NCBI GenBank assembly: GCA_965199145.1
Contig: CBDAQH010000002.1
Coordinates: 2,146,012-2,210,011, forward strand
Direction: 5' to 3'
Length of the DNA: 64,000 nucleotides
Source: Acidobacteriaceae bacterium
GTDB lineage: Bacteria > Acidobacteriota > Terriglobia > Terriglobales > Acidobacteriaceae
Part shown: one piece after another, positions 1-8,252 of the stretch
How the letters are laid out: every line of letters begins with the position of its first letter
Numbering within the stretch: position 1 is the stretch's first letter
Program-made: the position numbers and the translations under genes
The notes under the pieces: model-generated
Databases searched by the model: none
Seen by the model: the letters and a program-made list of their open reading frames with translations, nothing else
What the model was told of the DNA's origin: nothing

Positions 1-210
1 AGCTACAACATTCGCTTCGACACACAGCCGCGCGAGCGGGATCGGGTCTACCAGTTCGGCGATGTACGTATCTTTGTCGACCCCAAGTCGTTCCTGTACT
101 TGCACGGCATGGTGCTTGATTACGAAGAGACGCTGATGCGCCAGGGCTTCAACTTCATCAATCCGCACTCGACCAAGTCGTGCGGCTGCGGGTCGTCCTT
201 TTCCGCCTGA
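1..210 (+). CDS. iscA: A-type Fe-S carrier (IscA/HesB family), C-terminal fragment; 5' end outside the window
   Basis: Hand translation of frame 1 gives SYNIRFD...[21 protein letters not shown], with TGA at 208-210. It has the C-terminal C-G-C motif of A-type carriers. It lies directly upstream of hscB-hscA-fdx-iscX. Confidence 0.7.
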   Translation, partial: SYNIRFDTQPRERDRVYQFGDVRIFVDPKSFLYLHGMVLDYEETLMRQGFNFINPHSTKSCGCGSSFSA

Positions 211-238
211 GACCGACTGACGATCGCCTGAGAGACAG

Positions 239-880
239 ATGCAAGCTAAAATAGCAAGCCTGGACACACCATCCGCGCCTTCGGGCGCGGATTACTTTTC
301 TGTCTTCTCTCTTCCGCGCAAGCTCGTGCTGGACACCAAGGCGCTCGAGCGCGCCTTCTACCGTCGCAGCCGCGAGGTGCATCCAGACCGCTTCGCCCAG
401 GCTGGCGCAGAGAAGCAGCAGTGGAGCCTCGAGCAAACCTCCCTGCTGAACGATGCATACCGCGCGCTCAAAGACCCCATCGCGCGAACCGAATACCTTC
501 TTCGCCTGCAAGGCGTCACGCTTGCGGATGATGCCGCCACGGCCGACCGGCAAGGGAAGAAACAAGTCCCGCCTGAGCTGCTCGCAGAGGTGTTCGAGCT
601 GAACATGCAGCTCGAAGAGATGCGCATGAACGCCCAGCTTGGCGAAGACGACCCGCAGCTCCGTGCTGATCTTCTCGCAGCGCAGCAGCAGTTCAGCGCA
701 CGCTTCGCCGCACTTGACCGGCAGATCGAAGCCGAGTGGGACCACTGGGACCACGCGCTGGAAGCAGAGGATAATGCAGGCAAACAGGCGGCCACGGCCC
801 ACATGGCCTCGCTCCTCGACACACGGCGATACATCCGCAACCTCCTCCGCGATGTCACCGAAGCACTGGGCACCAGCTAG
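239..880 (+). CDS. hscB: Fe-S cluster co-chaperone HscB (J-domain protein)
   Basis: 213-aa ORF with a J-domain HPD motif (SREVHPDRF) followed by a helical C-domain. It sits between iscA and hscA. Confidence 0.85.
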   Translation: MQAKIASLDTPSAPSGADYFSVFSLPRKLVLDTKALERAFYRRSREVHPDRFAQAGAEKQQWSLEQTSLLNDAYRALKDPIARTEYLLRLQGVTLADDAATADRQGKKQVPPELLAEVFELNMQLEEMRMNAQLGEDDPQLRADLLAAQQQFSARFAALDRQIEAEWDHWDHALEAEDNAGKQAATAHMASLLDTRRYIRNLLRDVTEALGTS

Positions 881-891
881 ACTGGATCAAC

Positions 892-2883
892 ATGACAGTG
901 GAACAAAAGGATCTCCTCTCCATCGACAGCGCCCCCGGATCGCCCGGCGAGCCAGGGCGCATCGACCGGATTGTCGGCATCGATCTTGGCACGACCAACT
1001 CGCTGGTCGCGTTTATGCAGGGGGAGCAGCCGGTGGTCATTCCCGGCGAGGACGGCACAAATCTCGTGCCCTCGGTTGTAGCCTTTCCCGCGGGCGGCGA
1101 CAAGCGTGTGGTCGTGGGCTACCCGGCGCGCCGCTACCTGAGCGAGTCGGCGGACCGAGTCGTGTATTCAGCTAAACGGCTCATGGGCCGCGGGCTTGAA
1201 GATGTACAGGAAGAGCTCAAGCTGTTTCCCTTTCGCCTGGCTGCGGACCTCGCGCCCGGCGAGGCGCTGCGCCTGGACATTGGCGGCCAGCAGTACACGC
1301 CGCCCGAGATTGGCGCGCAGGTACTGCGGCAGCTCAAGCGTAATGCCGAACGCTACTTCGGCGCACCCATCACCAAGGCGGTCGTCACGGTTCCCGCATA
1401 CTTCAACGACGCGCAGAGGCAGGCCACCAAGGACGCAGGCCGCATGGCCGGGCTTGATGTCCTGCGGCTTGTCAATGAGCCGACCGCGGCTGCGCTTGCC
1501 TACGGGCTCGACCGCCGCAAGGAAGGTTTAATCGCCGTCTACGACTTCGGCGGCGGCACCTTTGATATCTCGATCCTGCGCCTGCAGGAAGGCATCTTCG
1601 AGGTGGTCGCGACCGGCGGCGACACGCACCTGGGCGGCGACGACATTGACAACCTCCTGCTTACGATCGCGCTCGACGACATTGCCGGAAGCACGGGAGT
1701 CGATGCCCGCCTCAACGGTGAGTTGGTGCAGGCCGTGCGCAAGGCTGTCACTGACGCGAAGATCGCGCTTTCCAGTGAGCCCTCAGCCAAGATCCTGGTG
1801 GAGCTTCCCGGGGCCGAGCCCTACGCGCGCGAGCTGACGCGCGAGCAGTATGAAGCCCTGATCCGGCCGACGATCGAGCGGACACTCGGCCCCGTGCGCC
1901 AGGCCTTGGTCGATGCCAAGCTGACGCCCTCGGAGATCGACGAGGTCGTGATGGTCGGCGGGTCCACGCGTATCCCTCTCGTCAAGCAGCTGGTCGGCGA
2001 GCTCTTTGCCCTTGAAGCGCGCGGCCGCACTCTCCACACCGAGCTCAACCCGGACGAGGTTGTGGCATTGGGCGCTGCCGTGCAGGCTGATATCCTCAGC
2101 GGCGGCTCCGCTGCCACCTCTGACATGCTGCTGCTCGACGTCACGCCTCTCTCCCTAGGCATCGAGGCGCTGGGCGGCGTCGTGGCCAAAATCATCCAGC
2201 GCAACTCCACCATCCCGGCGAGCGAGACGGAGCACTTCACCACCGGCGTCGAAGGGCAACTGAATGTGGCGATCCACGTGGTGCAGGGTGAGCGCGAGCT
2301 GGCCAAAGACTGCCGCTCCCTGGCACGCTTCGATCTCAAGGGCATCCCGCCCATGGCTGCAGGTTTGCCCAGAATTGAGGTCAAGTTCCTGATTGATGCA
2401 AACGGCATCCTGCATGTGTCTGCCCGCGAGCAGCGTTCCGGCAAAGAAGCAGAGATTGAAGTCAAGCCTACCTACGGGCTTACCGACGAGCAGGTGGAAA
2501 CGATGATTCTCGACTCCTTTGACAATGCTGAAGCCGACTTTGAAGCGCGTCAGCTTATCGAGGCACGAGTCGAAGCCGAAGACATCCTAGCGCGTGTCGA
2601 GAAGGCAAAGCTGCAGCCCGCCTGGCAGCAGCTCACCTTTGAAGAGCAAACCGAGATCGGCCTCGTCACCGACGAGCTTCACATTTTTAAGAGCGGGGAA
2701 GACCGGGTCGCAATTCGCGGCAGCATCGAAGCACTCGATAAAGCGACCCGCCGGCTGGCCGAGCTCATGATGGATACCGCGGTCACCGCGGCGCTGGGCG
2801 GCCAGACGATGCAGGAGGCCAGTGAGGGGATGGGCGAAGGTCCGAGCGCACCCCACCCATTTGCCAAGGCTGAGATCCGCTGA
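892..2883 (+). CDS. hscA: Fe-S cluster chaperone HscA (Hsp70 family)
   Basis: 663 aa with Hsp70 motifs [24 protein letters not shown] and [12 protein letters not shown]. It follows hscB. Confidence 0.95.
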   Translation: MTVEQKDLLSIDSAPGSPGEPGRIDRIVGIDLGTTNSLVAFMQGEQPVVIPGEDGTNLVPSVVAFPAGGDKRVVVGYPARRYLSESADRVVYSAKRLMGRGLEDVQEELKLFPFRLAADLAPGEALRLDIGGQQYTPPEIGAQVLRQLKRNAERYFGAPITKAVVTVPAYFNDAQRQATKDAGRMAGLDVLRLVNEPTAAALAYGLDRRKEGLIAVYDFGGGTFDISILRLQEGIFEVVATGGDTHLGGDDIDNLLLTIALDDIAGSTGVDARLNGELVQAVRKAVTDAKIALSSEPSAKILVELPGAEPYARELTREQYEALIRPTIERTLGPVRQALVDAKLTPSEIDEVVMVGGSTRIPLVKQLVGELFALEARGRTLHTELNPDEVVALGAAVQADILSGGSAATSDMLLLDVTPLSLGIEALGGVVAKIIQRNSTIPASETEHFTTGVEGQLNVAIHVVQGERELAKDCRSLARFDLKGIPPMAAGLPRIEVKFLIDANGILHVSAREQRSGKEAEIEVKPTYGLTDEQVETMILDSFDNAEADFEARQLIEARVEAEDILARVEKAKLQPAWQQLTFEEQTEIGLVTDELHIFKSGEDRVAIRGSIEALDKATRRLAELMMDTAVTAALGGQTMQEASEGMGEGPSAPHPFAKAEIR

Positions 2884-2920
2884 AGACGCAACCGGAACAC
2901 GGAAGAAAAGAGAACAAGCG

Positions 2921-3358
2921 ATGAGTGAACATGCAATCGAGCACGGGGTCATTGACCTGAGCCAGCCGCCCGCGGACAACATGGTGCGCGTGACCTTCCA
3001 GCCGGAAGGCCGCACAGTCGAGTTTGCTTTCGGCACGATGCCCTATGACCATCATGGCCTGCCCATGTCGTTTTTGGACGTGGCCGAAAACTACGGCATC
3101 TTTCTGGATCATGCCTGCGGCGGCGTGTGTGCATGCACCACGTGTCACGTGCACATCAAGCAGGGGGAGCCCGGCTTGAACGAGCCGACCGAGGATGAGA
3201 TGGACCGCATGGAGAAAGCGCCGGGGCTGCAGCTCAACTCGCGCCTCGGCTGCCAGGCGGTCATCGAGCGCCCGGGCAGCTACACCGTCGAAATCCCGAG
3301 CTGGAATAAGAACTACGTGTCCGAAGGCAAGCCGCTGACGCTGAGCGAGAGCAAGTAG
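2921..3358 (+). CDS. fdx: 2Fe-2S ferredoxin, ISC (adrenodoxin) type
   Basis: Frame of track ORF 2822..3358. I start it at ATG 2921, just after the hscA stop. Cysteine pattern is CGGVCACTTCHV ... LGCQ. An N-terminal extension makes it 145 aa. Confidence 0.85.
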   Translation: MSEHAIEHGVIDLSQPPADNMVRVTFQPEGRTVEFAFGTMPYDHHGLPMSFLDVAENYGIFLDHACGGVCACTTCHVHIKQGEPGLNEPTEDEMDRMEKAPGLQLNSRLGCQAVIERPGSYTVEIPSWNKNYVSEGKPLTLSESK

Positions 3359-3400
3359 CCTCGACTCACAAGCGTCGCGCACACAAAGAGGGAAGCCGTT

Positions 3401-3619
3401 ATGCCGCAGGAGATCACATGGGCAGATGCCGAGGAGATCGGTATCCAGCTCCAGGAGAAGCACCCCGAGCTTGACCCACTCAAGGTCCGCTTTACTGAGC
3501 TTCATAAACTCGTCATTGGTCTCGAAGGCTTTGCGGATGATCCCGCAAAGTCCAACGAGTCTAAGCTCGAAGGCATCCAGATGGCCTGGTATGAGGAGTG
3601 GCAGGACGCCCAGAAGTAG
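3401..3619 (+). CDS. iscX: Fe-S assembly protein IscX (YfhJ-like)
   Basis: 72-aa acidic protein (ITWADAEEIGIQL...MAWYEEWQD) at the typical last position of an isc cluster. Confidence 0.8.
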   Translation: MPQEITWADAEEIGIQLQEKHPELDPLKVRFTELHKLVIGLEGFADDPAKSNESKLEGIQMAWYEEWQDAQK

Positions 3620-3632
3620 CTACCCTACAACG

Positions 3633-4112
3633 CTACGGTAGCTCCCTCTCCGTCCAGCCAAACGCACCGCGAAACAGCTCAAACTCCGGACGCCTTGCTG
3701 CCTGATCCGGCCTGCGGTAGATCGACAGGATGTCGAACCGCGTCGGTGTTCCGTCCGGCAGCTGCCGTAGATAGTAGCCGGCTAGCCGTCGCAGGCTCAT
3801 GCGCTTATGCCTGTCTACCGCCGCCTCGGCCGTCGCCACAGCGCGGCCGGAGCGGGTCTTCACCTCCACAAAGCAAAGCTCTTCGCCTTCCCAGGCCACC
3901 AGGTCCAGGTCACCTGGCGCGCGGCCGGACTGCCACTTGCGCGCGATGACTGTAAAGCCTGCCTCGCGCAAAAAGAAGAACGCCGCCTCTTCTCCAGCAA
4001 GACCAGTCTGCAGATGCTTCGGCAAGGCTGCTCGCTGCCCAGGCAGACGGTCCAGCAGTAAGAAGGTTTTCTGCCAGGCAGCGGTCCGCAGTTTGGTAGG
4101 GATCATGGGCAT
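3633..4112 (-). CDS. yraN: YraN family (UPF0102) endonuclease-like protein
   Basis: 159 aa. The core GEEAAFFFLREAGFTVIARKW...DLDLVAWEGEELCFVEVKTRS matches the PD-(D/E)xK-like YraN pattern. Confidence 0.8.
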   Translation of the reverse strand: MPMIPTKLRTAAWQKTFLLLDRLPGQRAALPKHLQTGLAGEEAAFFFLREAGFTVIARKWQSGRAPGDLDLVAWEGEELCFVEVKTRSGRAVATAEAAVDRHKRMSLRRLAGYYLRQLPDGTPTRFDILSIYRRPDQAARRPEFELFRGAFGWTERELP

Positions 4113-4181
4113 GTGGCTCGAGTCTAGCGCCGGAACCCCATGCCCGAAACATGACCGCCGTGACCTCTGCTTCCTCTTACC

Positions 4182-4568
4182 TCAGGAGCCGCTCTCCGCC
4201 TTCTGCTCCACATAGTGCTGGATGTGCTCATACACGTGGTCAGGGAAGTTCAAGTCCTTGTATACATTGCACGTATCCGGGTCCTCAGAGTTCGGGCAGA
4301 TCGTAAACTCCTGCTCCTTCTGCCAGGCCAGGATCCGGTCGCGCTTCGGCGGGTTGTAGTCCTTGCCTTCGACCTGGCGGATCAGCAGACTTGCCTGCTC
4401 CTCGGAAAAGTCATGGTCCTTGGTGAGCATCGCCAGCAGCTCTTCCTGGTCTAGAAAGTGCCGAGCGACCATCGCGAAAACCAGCCGGCCATAGTGGCCT
4501 ATGTCTTTGCCTTCTTCCAGCGATGCAATGAGGTGCGCCATCATGCCATTCTTCTTCAACTCTTCCAT
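4182..4568 (-). CDS. hypothetical 128-aa acidic protein (no family recognised with certainty)
   Basis: Track ORF 4182..4757 trimmed to ATG 4568 (MEELKKNGMMAHLIA...), which follows GAGGGAGAG 5 nt upstream. It is co-directional with yraN downstream. A terminator separates it from the lipoprotein gene upstream. Confidence 0.55.
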   Translation of the reverse strand: MEELKKNGMMAHLIASLEEGKDIGHYGRLVFAMVARHFLDQEELLAMLTKDHDFSEEQASLLIRQVEGKDYNPPKRDRILAWQKEQEFTICPNSEDPDTCNVYKDLNFPDHVYEHIQHYVEQKAESGS

Positions 4569-4636
4569 CTTCACTCTCCCTCTACTTTCGCCTTGTCTTC
4601 TCCTTCTGATGCAGGTAGGTGGCTTCTCCGTTGCAG

Positions 4637-4673
4637 TGGAAAATAGCAAAGCCCGCCAGGCACGGCGGGCTTT
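4637..4673 (-). terminator. rho-independent terminator after the lipoprotein gene
   Basis: 10-bp stem AAAGCCCGCC (4648-4657) / GGCGGGCTTT (4664-4673) with a 6-nt loop. On the minus strand it is followed by GCTATTTTCC. It lies 29 nt beyond the stop at 4702. Confidence 0.65.
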
Positions 4674-4701
4674 GTTTACGAACACAGGTGCAACAGAAGG
4701 A

Positions 4702-7176
4702 CTAGGTAGTCGGCCGCGGCTTGCTGACCAGAAACTGTGCCGGCACCGCTGCCCCATTGCTGTCAGTCAGCTGTGGATTCAGCTGCTCCGTGTCCGTCTG
4801 GGTGGTTGTATTTACAACGTGGATCAGGTTGTCGCCCGTGGTGCTCGCGAAGAAGAGTGAGGAATCCGGGCTGAAGACGCCGGCAATCGGGTCCACTGCG
4901 CCGGCCGCAAGCTGCAGGTTGTTAAGTGTGCCAGTGCCCCCCAGTGTCGGGGAAGGCGTATAGAGAGGCAGCAGTCCAGTAGCCGCGGCTGCTGTGTAGG
5001 TGACAAACGCCCGTGAGGAGTCAGGCGAAGCCAGCACCTGGTCGATCTGCGTCGGAGTAACGCCGGTCAGCGCCAGCTGGCGGAGCGTCGTGTTGATCGC
5101 AAGTACGCCGGGCGTTGTGCCGGAAACCCCGGGGCAGGCACCGCTCGGCGCAATCACGTTGCCCGCGTCGGTGGTCGGGCTGTGCTGCACATCAAAGATC
5201 GTCGTTGTGTTGGCGCCGAAGATGTGTGCACCGTCATTTGTGGCCGCTACGTGGTCGGCGCTGTCACCGGCGACGCTTGCTGACAGCGGGTTGTAGTCAA
5301 CCGCCGGGGAGACGCTGGTGTCCGGGCAGAAGGAACGGGCAATGACCGGGTTTCCGCTGACAAAGACAGCCACCGAAGGAACCGTCAGCGTCACATCCGG
5401 CGAGCAGAAAGGGTCTGTGTTTGTGTTGTTGAGCTGGCAGCTGGTGGTGGCATCAGGGTTGGCGATCGGGTACTGGCTCCAGCCGCTTACGATGTTGTGC
5501 ACATACAGCGTAGTAGGGCCGACGATGTACACGTTTTTGCCATCCGGCGAGTAGATGGCATGGTTGGCCAGGCCACCGGTGCTGATCACAGATGAGTTGC
5601 TCGTTGAGGTGGTACCGGAGGCAGAGGTCGTGGCTGCGGCCGGCGTGTACAGGTAGATCACCTGACGCAGCTGATCGGCGACGACCACCTGGCTGTTTGT
5701 AGGCGAAACAGCAAGCACTACGCCAGGCACGGTGATGTCCTGACTTACCAGCGTGTTATTGAGCGCGCTGTAGGTCATCAGCTCACGGTACGACCCGAAG
5801 TAAAGGCTGGTGCCTGTCGGGTCCAGCACCATGGAGTTGGGCGGATACGGCAGAAGTGTCGGCGCGCCCGTGGTGCTCAGGCTTAGGTCGAACGGGGTAA
5901 AGCGCTGCGAGTTCGGCGAGGCCGCCCATAGCAGCGTGTTGTTAACGCCCGGCGAGCGGACCTGGATCGGGTTGGAGACGATCGGCAGCCCGGTGCCGTA
6001 CTGCCCCAGCTTGTTCAAAGGGGTCGGATTGCAGCTCTGTCCCGTCGCCGTACTGGAGGCAGTGGCTGTGGAGGTGGTCGACGCGACAGGTGCGCCCGGC
6101 TGACATATGCCGCTGATCGTCGCAAGGCCGGGCAGTGTCGTGCTCACCACGCCTGCACTGGTCACCTGCACCTGCTGCGGCGTGGTAGAGGTGTAGTCCG
6201 GGCCGGCATTGCTGGTCGGGGTCACCAGAAAGCTCTGCCCCTCCGGCGTTGTTCCAGACAGCACGGAGGTCAGCGTCTGCGGGTTACCGGCCGTAATGTT
6301 CACAACGCCGTTGGTGGTTGTTGTCGTAGAGCTGCTGGGCAGGGTCAGCGCTAGGCTGCTCGGCGGGCAGGTGTAGAAATATCCTGCAGCTGAGCTGGTG
6401 GCGGGTGAGCTCGAGCTGTTGCCAGCAATCGTTGCGGTGATGACGGTACCGCCGGGCTGGTTGGCCGTGGTCGTGCCATTGGTGCCCGGCGCTGTAGTCA
6501 CGCCGTTAGCTATATTCACGCTGGTGTTGGTGATGTTGACAACAGCTGGCGTATTCGCTGTGTAGGTGATGGTTCCGACAATGTTGGTCGTCGTGCCCGT
6601 GCCCGTACCGATCACCGCACCATCCTGTCCAAAGACCGATGTATTGGTAAACAGGTTTTGCCCGGGCTGCCCGGAGGCATAGCAGGTGCCGGGATCCTGG
6701 AGCACGATGGAGGAGACCTGCGGGTGAACGTAGACCGTGACCGGATTGCTGACCACGCCGCCGATGCTGGCTGTCACGGTTGCCGTCCCTGAGCCTGCGG
6801 GCGGGGTGCAGATCGTGTAGTCAGCAATGCCGCCTGCGCTCAGCCGGTTCCAGGTGCCGCCGCAGATCGATCCGGTCGGGCTGATGTCGACCAGCTGGAG
6901 ATTGGAGCTGCCATAGGTTGCGGCGCCGGAGGTAAGCGACGTGCCCTTGCAGTTGAACGCTTGCGCGGTGCCGACCTGGCCGATCTGGCCGTACGACAGA
7001 GAGATGCCGGTCTCTGCCTGCAGCGCGGGTAGATTCACCGCCAGGATATCCGTCGTTTTGGGGCCATAGCCGGCGTTGTTGCAGTAGGCGGACACATTGG
7101 TGACACAGCCCGTCATGGAAATGCCTACGGGAAAAGCACACAAAAGCAAAGCTACAAGGGTGAAAAACCGCTGCAT
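4702..7176 (-). CDS. large secreted lipoprotein, Ser/Thr-rich with beta-propeller-like repeats
   Basis: Track ORF 4702..7359 trimmed to ATG 7176, with GGGGAGG 4 nt upstream. Signal plus lipobox-like MQRFFTLVALLLCAFPVGISMTGC. Long T/S/G-rich tracts. Repeats such as AIYSPDGKNVYIV resemble YncE/YVTN-type propeller blades. Confidence 0.7.
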   Translation of the reverse strand: MQRFFTLVALLLCAFPVGISMTGCVTNVSAYCNNAGYGPKTTDILAVNLPALQAETGISLSYGQIGQVGTAQAFNCKGTSLTSGAATYGSSNLQLVDISPTGSICGGTWNRLSAGGIADYTICTPPAGSGTATVTASIGGVVSNPVTVYVHPQVSSIVLQDPGTCYASGQPGQNLFTNTSVFGQDGAVIGTGTGTTTNIVGTITYTANTPAVVNITNTSVNIANGVTTAPGTNGTTTANQPGGTVITATIAGNSSSSPATSSAAGYFYTCPPSSLALTLPSSSTTTTTNGVVNITAGNPQTLTSVLSGTTPEGQSFLVTPTSNAGPDYTSTTPQQVQVTSAGVVSTTLPGLATISGICQPGAPVASTTSTATASSTATGQSCNPTPLNKLGQYGTGLPIVSNPIQVRSPGVNNTLLWAASPNSQRFTPFDLSLSTTGAPTLLPYPPNSMVLDPTGTSLYFGSYRELMTYSALNNTLVSQDITVPGVVLAVSPTNSQVVVADQLRQVIYLYTPAAATTSASGTTSTSNSSVISTGGLANHAIYSPDGKNVYIVGPTTLYVHNIVSGWSQYPIANPDATTSCQLNNTNTDPFCSPDVTLTVPSVAVFVSGNPVIARSFCPDTSVSPAVDYNPLSASVAGDSADHVAATNDGAHIFGANTTTIFDVQHSPTTDAGNVIAPSGACPGVSGTTPGVLAINTTLRQLALTGVTPTQIDQVLASPDSSRAFVTYTAAAATGLLPLYTPSPTLGGTGTLNNLQLAAGAVDPIAGVFSPDSSLFFASTTGDNLIHVVNTTTQTDTEQLNPQLTDSNGAAVPAQFLVSKPRPTT

Positions 7177-7448
7177 GAAACCTCCCCGCCTGCCGGAAAT
7201 GGTGCGCAGACGGTTGTTGCCACTCACTCGCTTGAGGTCTTGCGGGAGAAGAGTGATGCCAGCAAGAAGTTTACAGCAGCCATGCGCACGCTGGGAGTCC
7301 AGAGCTCTTCTCTCGCGCTCCGGCCATGCTTCTTTCCGATGAGCCGCGGCTTGGATCATCAGCAGCGCGTCCGAAGCTGGCTACGCTTGCCGTCGCTATG
7401 CCCAGGGAGTGCCAAGGACTGCCGCGCTACTCAAAACCTACTCTGGGC

Positions 7449-7871
7449 CTACTCTGCATGCCAGGGGTTGAGCAGGGCAACGCCAGTCCCTTCGAAGTCG
7501 GCGACATTGCGCGTCACGACCGTCATGCTATGCACCAGCGCAGTGGCGGCGATGAGGGCATCGCGTTCGGCCTGGAAATGCGGGACGTGGAGGCGTGCGC
7601 ATCGTTGTGCGACGGCGGTATCAATCGGTAAAACGCGGCTGCTGAACTCGGGCAGCACATGACCGTCCATCCAGGCCCGCAGCAACGCACCCTGTTGAGA
7701 GTCCCGGCGCTCCATCTGGAGGACGCCGGTCTCGATCTCAAGGACAGTCACGGCAGAGATATAGAGGCTTGCGGCATCCACGCTCTCAGCCCAAGTTGCG
7801 ACCGAGGCGTCAGCTTTGCCGAACCGCACCTTGCGCAACTCTGAAACAACATTCGTGTCGAGAACAAACAT
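7449..7871 (-). CDS. vapC: type II toxin VapC (PIN-domain ribonuclease)
   Basis: 140 aa. N-terminus MFVLDTNVVSELRK carries the PIN acidic residue, and later residues ...ERDALIAATA...TRN follow. Its ATG overlaps the antitoxin stop (ATGA at 7869-7873). Confidence 0.85.
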   Translation of the reverse strand: MFVLDTNVVSELRKVRFGKADASVATWAESVDAASLYISAVTVLEIETGVLQMERRDSQQGALLRAWMDGHVLPEFSSRVLPIDTAVAQRCARLHVPHFQAERDALIAATALVHSMTVVTRNVADFEGTGVALLNPWHAE

Positions 7872-8125
7872 CAGGAGAAGTCGACTTCACGGCTCTTGAG
7901 ATCCACCCGGGGCGGATCGAAGGCACCATCCTCAACGCCCGGCATGGCAAGGGAATCCGCGATGTTGCGCGGTGCTCCAGTCAGCTGCCGATACTGCGCA
8001 ATGCTCAGGAGCACGTGCGCGGGCTTGCCGCGATCCGTCACAAACACTGGACCATTGCCGGTAGCCCTCTTCGCCCGGCTAATATCCTGGTTGAAGTCAC
8101 GGCTGGAGAAGGTAGTAATGGTCAT
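7871..8125 (-). CDS. vapB: type II antitoxin, Phd/YefM-like, partner of VapC
   Basis: 84 aa (MTITTFSSRDFNQDISRAKRATGNGPVFVTDRGKPAHVLLSIAQYRQL). It is translationally coupled to vapC. Confidence 0.8.
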   Translation of the reverse strand: MTITTFSSRDFNQDISRAKRATGNGPVFVTDRGKPAHVLLSIAQYRQLTGAPRNIADSLAMPGVEDGAFDPPRVDLKSREVDFS

Positions 8126-8150
8126 TAAGGTGTGTACCTTCCGCGCGTCT

Positions 8151-8170
8151 ATGTAGATACATTACTACAT
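8151..8170. promoter_or_regulatory. inverted repeat ATGTAG-N8-CTACAT upstream of vapB, candidate autoregulatory operator
   Basis: Sequence atgtagatacattactacat lies 26-45 nt upstream of the vapB ATG in an AT-rich patch. Type II TA operons are usually autoregulated at such palindromes. Confidence 0.3.
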
Positions 8171-8252
8171 TTGTTTTTCCGGCGCATTCATACGCCGCAT
8201 ACCAGCAGACACAGCCGGACGGCACGGAGCGCTTACAACCGTGTGTGGCTTC

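Noticed and set aside
2822-2920. N-terminal extensions given by the ORF track for fdx; similarly 44293-44409, 34129-34221, 58942-59181, 62011-62091 and others
   Set aside because: These extensions overlap the preceding gene or lack an RBS. Internal ATG/GTG/TTG starts with Shine-Dalgarno motifs and family-typical N-termini were chosen instead.
3618-3643. Hairpin AGCTACC...GGTAGCT between iscX and yraN as a terminator
   Set aside because: The stem has only 7 bp, overlaps the yraN stop codon and has no U tract on either strand.
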